Shown here one piece after another: positions 1 through 11,800 of a stretch of DNA of 64,000 nucleotides. Below the pieces are notes generated by a model. It did not search any database. It was not told the DNA's origin and was given only the letters and a program-made list of their open reading frames with translations. The first letter of the stretch is position 1, and the number at the start of each line of letters is the position of its first letter. The DNA comes from Folioceros fuciformis. Taxonomy: Eukaryota. The translations under genes and the position numbers were made by a program. The stretch spans positions 323,260 through 387,259 of the forward strand of contig JBNGIO010006371.1 of assembly GCA_049999805.1 (NCBI GenBank), read 5' to 3'.

Positions 1-177
1 ACTCTATCTAACAAGCTTGCTCTTCAAGCCCTCCACAGCTATGCCTCTAGGCTAGACTTCTCACTATCTGCCTCTATCTCTCTGTGTAGAAACTTCAAAT
101 GCCCATCATTTCATGAGGGAGAACTTAATTTGTTAACCTTTATGACCATCAATTGCATGGACTTACTTGTTGCGACG

Positions 178-1795
178 TCAACGTGTTACATTTGAAATTA
201 TAGATGCCTCATCTAACATATATTCATGATATGTTTTAATGTCCTTTATATTCAGCACAGTTTCGTTGCACATATCATCTAAATATATTTCTATTGGAAA
301 ATTTAAGATAATTTTATACGACTCATTTGAGTGTGATCTTCGTGCAACATTGTGCCGTAGTCCACATAAATACATCTTAATTTTCATCTTATCCGCTGCA
401 TGTGCTGCTTGTTTTGCAAATAAGTAACTGCCGCAAAAGTACTGCTTCCCATTTGATCTCTTTTTTATATATTTTTTGCAACTCCTAATTGAATGACTCG
501 AGGTAGATGATGGAGCGGGTTTAGATGAAGGGTCGTTTTCAATACTTGAAGCAAGTGGGCACCATACAAAGCAATCAAACTTGCTTGTAATTTTATTCGT
601 AGTAACTCCTTGATATTGTTCTTTATCTTCATTAATACTTTTTACCCATGCATATTGTGTTTCAACCATTTCTCGCATGCATTTCCACACAGATTCTCTT
701 ATTCTTTTGTGTGGGTCATGACTTGACCTACTTGGCCTAATAGATATTAATTTTTGTGGGCATGGTCGACTTTGCATTTTTAGTGCATTTCCTTCATAAT
801 TTGTGAGCTGATTTGTAGTCCATTCATGATTCATGGATTCATTATCCCATTTATCATCCATGGCATCACTATGCTCAACATCTCCTTCAACATCCATGGA
901 TTCATTGTCTTCTTCACCATGCATGGATTCATCATTCATATCATCTAGTTCAGTATCCATGGATTCATAGTGTACATCATTCCATGTGTGATTTATGTAT
1001 TCATGATGCACAACATCTCCTTCGGCATCCATGGATTCATTGTCTTCTTCACCATGCATGGATTCATCATCCATATCATCTAGTTCAATATCCATGGATT
1101 CATAGTGTACATCATTCCATGTGCGATCCATGTATTCATGATGCGCAACATCTCCTTTGGCATCCCTGGATTCATTGTCTTCTTNNNNNNNNNNNNNNNN
1201 NNNNNNNNNNNNNNNNNNNNNNNNNNNNNNNNNNNNNNNNNNNNNNNNNNNNNNNNNNNNNNNNNNNNNNNNNNNNNNNNNNNNCATCTAGTTCAATATC
1301 CATGGATTCATAGTGTACATCATTCCATGTGTGATCCATGTATTTATGATGCGCAACATCTCCTTTGGCATCCCTGGATTCATTGTCTTCTTCACCATGC
1401 ATGGATTCATCATCCATATCATCTAGTTCAATATCCATGGATTCATAGTGTACATCATTCCCTGTGTGATCCATGTATTCATGATGCACATCACTCCATT
1501 TGTGACCTGTGAATCTATCAGGCACATCAACACATTTGTTGGAACCCAACACGTCGTTTCTCGAGAATTCATCATGCACATCAATACATTTGTTGGAATA
1601 CAATGCCTCGTTTATGCAATGATCTGGGTTCTTTACCCACTCGACATGTGAAACACGAATTGTTAGTGGTTGATCACTGGATACACCATATTGAATTTTT
1701 TTAGGAATTGCAATATGTATGAATTCCTCACTAGATGGTGGTATGTAATCAGTCCAAGACTTGAGACATGGCATGCAACTTTGATCGTAAGCCAT
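178..1795 (-). CDS. Putative protein with acidic His/Met-rich 45-aa tandem repeats and a C-terminal divergent AP2-like domain (spans an N gap, so frame continuity is assumed)
   Basis: ORFs 1172..1852 and 178..1287 encode the same repeat on either side of the gap; first in-frame ATG is at 1795. The C-terminus has YQGVTTNKITSKFDCFVW...GKQYFCGSYLFAKQAAHAADKMKIK...ILNFPIEIY, which aligns by eye with the AP2 consensus YRGVTRHRWTGRFEAHLW...[25 protein letters not shown]...TNFPISNY. Confidence 0.55.
860..1490. repeat. 135-bp coding tandem repeat (45 aa), copy number unresolved because of the N gap
   Basis: The unit start tcttctt(cacc) recurs at 908, 1043 and 1178, and the repeat continues beyond the gap. 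Confidence 0.9.
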
Positions 1796-2304
1796 GTTGC
1801 TCCCTCGAGCACCCTGTTTCCCTAGTTTCTTGCTATTAGATACTTTGCACACCTTACTCTCTCCTTTGATACCTTACTATTTGATCACTAACCTTGTATT
1901 TTGATTGATTTCACCAAGGAATATTAGATCAGAGACCCACAAAGTGAGAAGAAATCCTCCTTAGGACCAAAGAGCAAAATCACTTGTCTCTTAAATATAA
2001 GTAATATATAAAGATATAACACATATATAGTGATCCTTTTAAAATTTAATAAAAAATTCAAAATTAAATTCTTCCAGTGACTTGTTTCTTGAGTTAATAA
2101 AAGTAATGCCTTGGTCTACACATATATAGTGATTTTCTTAATTTTCCAAGAAAAATCTCAAATCTAGAAGAAGTTTTTATAGCAAATTTATTGAAAATCA
2201 AGAATTATTTTACTTGAATAAACCATACCTAGTTCTCCCCCTAAAATCCACACAACCGCAATCTCAAAAGGTATTGTCATACTGGTGGCGCAGCACCGAT
2301 TTCG

Positions 2305-2376
2305 GGGGCATTGCGAGAATCGAACTCGCGACCTCTTGCACCCTAAGCAAGAATCATACCACTAGACCAAATGCCC
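2305..2376 (-). tRNA. tRNA-Pro (anticodon AGG)
   Basis: Reverse complement GGGCATTTGGTCTAGTGGTATGATTCTTGCTTAGGGTGCAAGAGGTCGCGAGTTCGATTCTCGCAATGCCCC, 72 nt. All stems pair, the anticodon loop is TT-AGG-GT, and A and B boxes are present. Confidence 0.95.
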
Positions 2377-2633
2377 TCTTACGTCATCTGTAAGAGTGTA
2401 AAAGGTATATAATTTAATAAGAAAAGTTTTGTGAGGCAAAATGGATAGGATGCTGCGGCAGCTGATTGGCGGACAAGGGGATTGTGCAGGCATCCAGTGG
2501 CGGGAGGACGCCATGGCGGATGCCCTTTCCTCGCTCTCGTCCGGGAAATCCAGTACTCTCAACCGTCTTCACGCTCCGTCTTGCTTCCTCGACAACTCTC
2601 GCGAAGACCGGCAAGCAGCAGTCAGTAGTAGCC

Positions 2634-3098
2634 ATGGCCGCCTGCACAGCAGCAACCACCTGCGTGGCCGCCGCCGGCCTGCCGACGCTGAAGATGGCGG
2701 CGAGCAGCGCGGGGCTGCGGACCAGCACGTCCGTGCACATGCTGGGGGCGAGGAAGCCGTCGACTGCCCTGCAGAGCGTGAAGTCGCGAGCTCGGACCAC
2801 GTGCGCCGACACTGCTGTGATCGTGAGCGTTAGCACCGGGGCGCTGCTCTTCTTGGGCAGAATCGTGTTTCTGCCCTTCCAGAGAGCGCAGGTGGCCAAG
2901 GCTGGCCTGCCTGTGCAAAACGGCGTCACACACTACGAGGCTGGCGACAGCCGCGCCCAGGAGGTGGTGAGCCTCCTCAAGACCAACGACCCCGCCGGCT
3001 TCACCATCGTCGACGTCCTGGCCTGGGGCGCCCTCGGCCACGCCGTCGCCTTTTTCATCCTGGCCACCGCCTCCAATGGCTACGAGCCCCAGTTCTAG
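2634..3098 (+). CDS. PSAG: Photosystem I reaction centre subunit V (PsaG), chloroplast precursor, intronless
   Basis: Ala/Ser/Thr-rich transit peptide followed by [18 protein letters not shown]...[18 protein letters not shown]...[18 protein letters not shown]...ILATASNGY, typical of PsaG. Confidence 0.95.
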   Translation: MAACTAATTCVAAAGLPTLKMAASSAGLRTSTSVHMLGARKPSTALQSVKSRARTTCADTAVIVSVSTGALLFLGRIVFLPFQRAQVAKAGLPVQNGVTHYEAGDSRAQEVVSLLKTNDPAGFTIVDVLAWGALGHAVAFFILATASNGYEPQF

Positions 3099-3842
3099 AC
3101 GCGTCCTAGACATCGTCCGGATTCCGCAGCTGCAAATGCTCGCTCCTCTTTTGTTGGATGGGTGCCCTTCTTTGTTTGCGTCTCATTGTGGCCACTCGAG
3201 ATGGTGCTCCTTTCCGTTGTACATTTCCCTTCAATGCCCATAATTCAAAACAGGGTTGGACTGGACTGGACTGGATTCGTTAGTACATCACCACCTTTTC
3301 TTCTCTTCCGCCTCTGAACTCATGTCATCTGCCTGTGAGCTTGTTTGCCTGCGCGCCTTCTACCTTCTTCTGTGACAAATTTTGTCGTAGCAACTACAGG
3401 GATGGTACTGATCTGTCGGTGTATCACAATGTTCGAAATATATCGTCGTAACACAACTCACAAATCGAGTGTTTGTGTTTCAGTTTGGACCCCAGTGGTA
3501 GTCGTCATCGTTTGGCCAGCTTCAGCATGTCTCACATTTCCGACCCTTTTCTCGTTTTCATTCCATGTTTAGGTCAGAAAGTTTTTCGTGAAGCGCACGT
3601 TTCAATCCTCAGATTGAAGTTGAGGTTGGAGTTTTATGTCCAAAGTGTTCATCTCCGAAGGTCCCAGGATGGAAGGCAAATCTCCACAATCGCAACACAA
3701 TACACTTCCCATTAACAGGGCCAGCCACCCTCAAAATCGTAGGAGCTGGTAATTTTACACAAGGTACGGCCTTTTTTCATGCCCACAACTCAGTTCCTGT
3801 ACACTCAAAGCCTCACTTGGAAATAAATACACCAAAGCTCAT

Positions 3843-5095
3843 CTACCGAATAGACTTCTGCAAGTTGCCGGGTGCTTGCTCCGCGGCATTCTTGGCCTCG
3901 TCGCCCTTGGATGCCACAGTGTCGGTCAGGCCCTGCGACAACACATTGTCCGAGCAAGTGAGAAACCATGACGATTGAGCAGGTTGGCAACAAGAAGGGG
4001 CACTCATACCAAGAGGTGGTACCTTGAGGGTGTCCTGCAAGCTTCCAAAAAAACCTCCTGCTTCCTTCTTGGCCGAGTCTGCTTCTCCAGAGATCTTGCT
4101 CTGAGCTTGGCCTACCAGGTTCTCAGAATCATTGGATGCTCCTTGGGCAAGCTGGCTCACTGCGTCTGTGTCGCTGGAGACCTTGCCCTGCACCTGGCCG
4201 AAAATGTTCTTGGCGGTCTTTTGGGCTTCGCTCCCTGAGTTCTTTGTCTGTCCGAAGAGTCCTTCCACGCCCTGCTTTGCGTCCTCAGCCTTGTCGGCAA
4301 GTGAGCCAGTGATATCCTGCAACAGTGAGGAGCGTGCGACTTAAGATCTTCAACATTGCATTGCAGCTTTGTATGCCCACTGCAAAATCGCAGAAAATGT
4401 CTAGTCTGGCAACACACCTGAGAGGACCCTACGATGCCCTCAGCCCTCCTCTTGGCTTCCTCCAAGTTGCTCTTGGCGGCCTCTCCAATACCGCTGGCGG
4501 AGCTTTGCAAGCCCTCGATTGCACCGCTTCCAGCCCTAAGCGACCAAGAACCACAACTAAGTCCGACCTTCCCTCAAATTTCTCCCCAAACACAATGCCA
4601 AACAGTGGATGCGCAAGCTAGCAAGCACACACTCCCAAGCGACTCAGTAACGAAGCCTCACTGTTGTGCAACTTTGGCAGCATCCCCTAGCTGCCCATTT
4701 CCGGAGTTCGCTAATTGCGAGGGGCCAAAACGGGAAGGAGAATCCTCCACATTCAGCTTGTCGGCGGCCTTGAGCAGTTCATCGGCACCCTTGGCAGTCT
4801 GGCTTGCACCGTCATTCCCTAGACCAGCCGCAGCGCGGGCCGCACTGTCTCCGACCAGGAACGCACCGGCTGCCATCAATCCCGCCAAAACCTCCCTTCG
4901 AGCAGCCCTCGTCTCCTCCCGGGACTCAGACTGGGAGCTGGCCCTGACCACCATCCTGCACTTCAACGACCGAGGTGCAGAGACAGGCATCACCACCTTG
5001 CTTCCTCCGTTCACAAAGGAGCTGCTGCTCACGCCGCCTTGCAGCTGAGCTCCGGACACCGACATAACCCCAGCCAAGGTCGCGGAAGCCGCCAT
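3843..5095 (-). CDS. Thylakoid-lumen-targeted hydrophilic LEA-like protein, 4 exons (5095-4662, 4535-4418, 4316-4023, 3932-3843), about 311 aa
   Basis: Phase-consistent GT-AG introns. Bipartite transit peptide with a twin-Arg signal (ARREVLAGLMAAGAFLVGDSAARA). The mature region is rich in A/K/E/D/Q/S/G with amphipathic repeats such as LADKAEDAKQGVEGLFGQ. Confidence 0.75.
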
Positions 5096-5262
5096 CCTGC
5101 TGATGAAGAGGAAGAAGGAAGCTGAATCTGGAGGACTGAATTGCGAGAAGCCCCGGCACAGAGCTTACAAGCAGCGCAGGAGGGGAAGAGGATGGGGAGC
5201 TCAAAGGTGAACACCACTTGTCAGCGTCTTGGATGGTGAGCAGCACCGGGGCAGCTTGCCAT

Positions 5263-5691
5263 GTTTTATACCAAGGCGGAGCTGGATTCAGCTCTGCGGC
5301 CATCCTAGCAACCAGACTACACCTCCCGATTCCACGCGTACCGCCAATCCCTGCTCCCCCATTCAGGTGCCTCCATCTGCCGGGATCGCATCGGCACGGT
5401 TAGAAAGCCCCAAGATCGAGCCAAACATTCTGATTTCTGCACCAAATTTCTCCGTTTCTGCACCAAAATGGCTCAAATTTCTCTGCTAATCTTCCATTCA
5501 TGGTACATTGTCCAGTAGCTGCACCTCCCAATCGGCCATCCCGCATCTGCCACGCACAGACCAGGAGATGAGCATCGCCACGCCGGCCACCCCAGAAGGC
5601 CAAAGAAAGCTACGTGCCATCGCCCAACCCTTCCCACGTTACAATGACGGCAACGTGTCAAGCCTCCGTTGTTCGTGCATGCCTGCATGTG
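5263..5691 (-). promoter_or_regulatory. Putative promoter of the LEA-like gene with TATA, ABRE-like, CE3-like and RY-like motifs
   Basis: TATAAAAC on the minus strand at 5263-5270, CCACGCGT at 5332-5339, TACGTGCC at 5611-5618, ACGTGTC at 5653-5659, and two CATGCA on the minus strand at about 5675-5691. Confidence 0.5.
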
Positions 5692-5716
5692 CTCCATGGT
5701 GAAGTAACCACAGTTA

Positions 5717-5960
5717 GGCTCATGTTAAGTCAGGTCAGGTCAGAGCAGGTCCAGTCAGATCAGGTCATATCGGGTCAGGTCACATCTTGGTTCAGGTCAT
5801 ATCTGATCAGGTCATCTCGGGTCAGGTTATGTCCAGTCAGGTCATCTCGGGTCAGGTCATGTCAGATCAGGTCATCTCCGGTCATGTCAGATCAGGTCAT
5901 CTCCGGTCATGTTACGCCGGGTTAGGCTACGTCAGGTCACGTTATGTCCGGTCACGTTAG
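5717..5960. repeat. Degenerate pentamer-based (GGTCA/TCAGG) simple repeat with a higher-order period of about 20 bp
   Basis: tcaggtcaggtcagagcaggtccagtcagatcaggtcat... visible directly. Confidence 0.85.
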
Positions 5961-7652
5961 GGTTTACACTACCTGTGGACAGCACCAAGACGGGGTACAA
6001 CTCGGCCTCCACCGGGATCGTCCCGGAGAGCTCAGCTGGCAGGTAAGGAGCCCGGCCAAGCTTTCGTTCCAAGAGGGCAGCTATCATTCCTAAACCTCAG
6101 ATCCTAGAGAGCGTTCTTGTGTGCGTTCGGTGCGAGGTGGGTTTCTTGGCCGGTGCGGAGTGGCACCCTCCTCCAGTGCAGAACTCGTCTGTCCCTCCGT
6201 CCTCGCATCGCATTTGATGTGTTCAGCTCTGAGCCCATGCGCCGAGTCACGCCAGGGTCGATTGCCGTCCTGGATATCTTGTGGCAGATTGTCTTGCTCT
6301 TGTGTCTCGTTTACGGGAGTGTTTCAAGGTGATTCTTTTCCATGATCCATGCTGTTGGAAGGTAGTGGCTCTTCTTCGCCTCTCTGGCTGCGATCTTGGC
6401 TTGTTTGTGCGCATTTCATTGCAATAGTATGATTTCGCGTTCGTCTGGATGCCATTTGGAAGGTGTTTGTTTCTTAGTCCCATCCCGGATGTCGGTGGTG
6501 GGGGACACTTGTACAATCGTCCAGTATGATGAAGGGCTGACAAGGCGGCGGACTACTGGACGCCGATGGTTGCCAAGGATCTCCGGAAGCAGATCTACAG
6601 CTATGAGTCTGTCATTTCACAAGGTCTGAAACCGAGTTGTTGACCAGCAATCTGGCTACTCCGGGGTTTTGTGTCTTGTGGAATGACAGATCCACAGCTT
6701 CAGGCGTTGTCGATGCCAGTCCGCCACCACTTTCATGCTAGGATGTGCATCGCGGGCGATCCTTCTATCTTAGTGACATTGGCAGTGGCGCATCAAAGAT
6801 TCACTCCGGTTACAGTCTTCGGGGGAACTTGTCGGTGTCGCGAGCAAGGTTTACGCTTGTTAGAATGTTGCAGCCGTTTCAAATGTTCTGCTTAGTACCG
6901 GATTTGTGGATTTGTGTGAGCGATCTGCCACCATCTGAGATCGAAATCAATGTGATCTGTGTGGGAGAATGGACTCGACCTCGTTGCGAGCTGAGCCCTG
7001 GGCAAACGTCCGCAATCATCTCTTGAAGTACATTCCAACTTTTAAGTTGGCTCCGTTGCTCCTTGCCCGAGCTTTCGAGTTTGTATGCACTTCGTCTTGC
7101 TCTGGAACACCGTTAGCGGTGATAGAGATCGTGTGTTCAGAAGTTGACTTGGTTGCACACGACGAAGACACCTGGAGTTGTTCCTCAATACGAAACCGAA
7201 GCTCACTATTATTATAACTTTCTGCTCTCGTACGTTGTGTACCGCTGTTGGCTAAGAAGTGCGCACATGACGTCCAGTCCAGGTTTTACGGCTCGGATTG
7301 CTCTTGTGTGGTGCGAAGGAAGTGTCTCGAAGTACGGCTTATCTTCCTCCTTTCCCTTGGCATTCGAAAGGTATCATCACTCCTGCTCCAGTGTTCCTAT
7401 CCTCCTATCTCCTCGACCTTTAAAATTTCAGGCTTCTCTCTACAAATATCTCCAGCTGTTCAGCACATGCGTGCTGGCCACGCCGAAGGTTCGTTGAACT
7501 GGGGCAAAAGCTTAAAGGCCAGGCTTAAGAAAACAATGCAATGGATGAGTGCTAGAGAATCTGTACAACACCGACATACCATCAGTGTGTAGGTGCAGAA
7601 AACAAATGTGAGAGGATGATTCTCCACTGCAGAAGAATGACAGGCTTCGATA

Positions 7653-8841
7653 TCATACGCCTTTATTGTAGTGGACATGCCTTACAGCTCGACCGTGTCT
7701 GTCAACCCTGTGGTGGAACTCCTGTTCCAACTTCCGGACGTCCACACTTGCCTGCTGCTTGAATATTCCGAACACAAGAGGCACGGCAGCTTGGATTGAG
7801 ATGCCTACTAGGGCCATTAGAGTTGGTGTCTTCATGAATGGTCGACGGGCAAACAGGCTACTGTACTCCAACCTGCACAACGAAACCAAGCAGGACTTCG
7901 AGTTAGAATGAGGAGAAACAAGAGGCACAAATTTGGTCGGGAACTCGACTGCACCTGCATCTCACCTGTGCATGATGAGAGAAGGAATAACAAGAACTGG
8001 AGCAGCAGCAAAGACTCGGCCTCCTATGCAAGCACTCACAGCTCGCAACCCAGCAGCCTTGCTCTGACCAACTTCATCACCGTTGCTGTCATACACTTTG
8101 ATGCCTTGCAGAAATTCATCCCTGCGAGTGATACCAAGGTTGAGCACATCCGCTGCTGCCACTGCAGCGAAGGGTACTAACCTTCGGGCTATGGGCGTCC
8201 TGGAACAAGAACCATGGAGACAGCAAGGAAGGTGGTGACTCAGTGAGCTTGCAGGGCCTACTAGGACCTTTTCAACAGACTCACAGCAGCGTGGGGGTGC
8301 AGGCAAGCTCAGTGGATCCTAACAAGTGACTGGGTCTTTCTTGAGACTGGAGTTTAGGTCTTGCACATTACCAGCGACCCCCAGAAGGCAGTTTATCCAG
8401 GAGGGTGTTCAACCCGACAGCAGCCCCGACAGAGCTGGCTGTAGCTCCAACGTAGGCCTCACCCGCTTTTCGAAGACTCTCGCTGTTTGAAGCATTCCTA
8501 TTGGCATAGTAGTGCAGACAGTTGTACGTCTGGTTGAGCCACTGAGCAGCCACGTTCTGGGTGAGCCCCTTAGCCGACAGCATCAGGGTGTCCAGCACAA
8601 GGTTGCAAGGAATGATAAAGGAAAGCCGCAGTGGCAGCAGAATCTTCTCTCCAGTATCAGGGTGCACCACGGCATCCTTGATTTTCCGGGCCCTTTCCAG
8701 CCTCTGTGCAGGAATGGACGGGTCGTGTGACTTGAGAAGCTCTACAGCGGCGTCCACCTGCTTATCAGTCACAAACGCCGTCCTTATATCCATCATGCTG
8801 AAGATCCTCTGAACCCTCGCCCAGTACGTACCCTCGTCCAT
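7653..8841 (-). CDS. Sideroflexin (SFXN/Mtc/SLC56 family mitochondrial carrier), 3 exons (8841-8372, 8199-7966, 7872-7653)
   Basis: Family motifs: N-terminal DEGTYWAR, VHPDTGEKI, QWLNQTYN..YANRNAS, RLVPFAAVAAA..LNLGITRRDE..QGIKV, and C-terminal YNKGV* (family consensus FNKGL). The GT-AG introns are phase-consistent. An additional upstream exon cannot be excluded. Confidence 0.88.
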
Positions 8842-11800
8842 GACTTGAATCACAAGTCCTCCTCACCATGCGTGCAAAGGGAGCTCCATTCTTACCTCCA
8901 ACACACACTACCAACCACTCTGTGCACCGGAGACGGAAAGAGGAGATCTCCCGTTCCGAGAACTGGGAGACGGCAGCACTTGACGAAGGCCCCGAGGTTA
9001 AATACCTTCTGAAAAGTTTCACGTCACACCACATATCAGTACTACTTTGCTGCCGTGAGCTTCAAAGCCCAGGCTTGAAAACCTCGAGCCGCACCTCAGA
9101 TTAGTAAGTCAACGTGAAGCAGTGACAAAGCCAGCACGCGTTCCACGGACATTTCCAGCTTTCCTCGGGTCATGTTTCTTTCCTCACCCACCAGTGATGT
9201 GCTCCAAGCTGTGGTGGGGATTTTCAGTGCAGACTAGGAAGGTCCAGTCCTGCGGAATTCCGACACAGCTACCCAGCTTCAACGTGCAAGTTGCCACCCT
9301 AGTACCAGTAGATACATGCACTTGTATGTACTGTACGTATTTTGTCCGGGTACAAAAGCAGTAGCCACGTGTCCGGTGCTGCAAATTTCAGAATCAAACA
9401 AAGTCAGGGTGCAGCGATCTTGCTTTGGCCACTCAAGGACGGCCGCGAGCCGTGGTGTCCAGCCTATCGGCCACGTCTGTGCATGTCGGATCCAGAACCT
9501 CGATTCATTCACACGACAAGGGCCGTTTCAATGCGTCCATTCGGTCGATCGGCCATGACGACAACCACTTCTTGAGTCGGGCCGGCCGGTTGGCATACGA
9601 TGCAATGTCGTTGCTGTTGTGTCTGCTTCCGGGTCCCATGTCGGATGGCGTTTCGGAAACCCTTTCCACTCCCAAGTAGGAGTTTGCTTCTTCCATTTCA
9701 GAATGGATTTCGGACTGTAATGGATTTCGGTTTCGATTGATACAGCTGCTGAGGAGCAATGACACACATGGTTGATTAGGGGACTTGTGCCAGAATCGGC
9801 CACACAGGGTGCCCCCCAATTTTGTGATGGCTGGCTCTGCATATATGTATCATCCGACCTCTCTCTGCACAGGGATCTGGTGGCCTCCCTTCCAACTTCC
9901 ATCCAGCCATGGATGCTACCCGTGGTCAATACCATTACTTACTGTGGCAAAACTGCCAAGGCGTTATGCTTAACAATCTTGTACATGGTTGTACGTACTC
10001 TATAAAAATTTTGGAAGAAACCAGGCACGCCTTCAAGTGGATGGGAAAAGTTGGTACGGTACGCGCACACGGTTTGATGTTTCCGGAGGACAGAAGAGTG
10101 AATTTGGTATGCCGGAAGAACATGTTTTTGTATCATTCTAGACTACATTGGAGAAACTGGAGTGGCAAAGACTTCAGTTGCTCATATGGCAGTTCGAAAG
10201 GAGAAGGCTTCAGAGCAAGACAGCTGCAACCTGGAGGATCACCTTCTCTCCCGTTTAGAAAAGTGGTGAAGATCGATCTGTAGCACGGTGGAATGGCAGA
10301 CTTAGCTATGGAGAACTCAATGATTCTTCTGGGCGGGAAGGTGAGGTACCAGAACTGCTGGACGTCCAGGATACAGACTAGGGTTCACACAATGATTTCA
10401 CGAGCCTTTCATACATACGTGGATCCGGAGCGAATCGCGCATTGTGGGTTGTGGAGCATGAGTAACAGGTTCTCCTAATGAGGAGGAATCGCTTCACGAT
10501 CGGATTTGTCAGAGAAGCTGTTCGCAAATCATCTGTTCGCTGCAGGTTGTCCTTGCACACAGACTTGTCTTGACTGTGCATAATATCGACTTTGGCCATG
10601 AATACAACTGTGGGCAGGGGTGCCATTCGTCAGGACTAGTAGAGTGCTTATTGGGAGCACCAGGCCAGCCGATCGAACTGTAACCTTCAAAGATGGATAC
10701 ACCCACCGGGTAAGGCCTCCCTGGAACGTGTCCATGGCGTTATTCGATTCGATCGACCGGGCACACTTTCCGAAGCCAGGGCCGGGCTTCACGGTCCGAG
10801 GTACTTCGTCCCTATTCAGCCTCCTCTTGCCATTTGCCACGGCTCCTGCCACGTCCGCGTGTGCACTATGAGTGTTGACTAGCCTTGGCAGTTAGAACTT
10901 CAACCGTAGTTCCAAACGTCGTACGCTCTTCACTACTACTGACAGTAGGGAATACAACTGCCATGCAGTCTGCCGGCCTGCCGTCCCGCAATCTTTTACA
11001 TCTGGCAGACTCAAACAGGCATCGAAGATCTCGTTCCTGCAAGATTCGGACAAACAGAAGTCCATCCATGATCCTGGCATTTGATGATGCCCTGAGACGT
11101 GGCGTGGACCATAAATGTCCCCGGGCTTTCTGTGCATGCATAGGAGCCGGCCATAGCGATGGGGAAAGGGCGGTGCTCAACCTTCACCAGCATGTTCCCC
11201 AGTCCGATCGTGCACAACGAGCCTACTCTAGACTGGACTTGGCATTCGAATACCGGTTGACGCGGGTCCGCAACAAAAATAGCAGGTCGCAATACGACAA
11301 TGTTCGTGGGCCTGCCCTTACCCAGCCCCATCGACGTCACCTGCGGTTCTCCACGCACATGTCAAGGCCACAGAAATTTCCTTACCACGACCCGAATTAC
11401 GGCCAAGAGAGCACCAAAATAATGCGATTGGTTTGGCTTTCTTCGTCAAATTCGTTGCCGCGAATATCAACTTTGACATCTTGTCGGAATCCTCACTCGG
11501 TTGAGCCAGGACAAATTGGCCTCAAACCTCATGCCCTGATAAGCAATTCACAAGTACCAGATCCTTCATGTACACAAATCATTCTGACTACGGTACCTCA
11601 GCTTGAACATTGGTGAGTGTACAAGAAAGCCGGTAAGAATCATCCTCGAAGTCTTGTCCTCCGGTCCCATATTTAGGTCATCCTCCATTGCTGTCCTCTT
11701 GAAGTCTTTAATAAACAGAATGGATCACTGGCAATGATATGACCTCCACAATCCACGGCCCTCCACCTTAAACCACATTTGAGTGCAAGACAATGAGATG

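Noticed and set aside
6020-6080. agctcagctgg, resembling a tRNA/SINE A box
   Set aside because: No B box or cloverleaf downstream.
10141-10270. DYIGETGVAKTSVA, resembling a GIY-YIG motif or a degenerate P-loop
   Set aside because: The frame is short and stop-bounded with no supporting motifs. The wider 9300-12100 region remains unexplained.
10885-11616. 243-aa ORF and overlapping ORFs
   Set aside because: No recognisable domain, Arg/Ser-rich composition typical of non-coding frames, and a non-ATG start.
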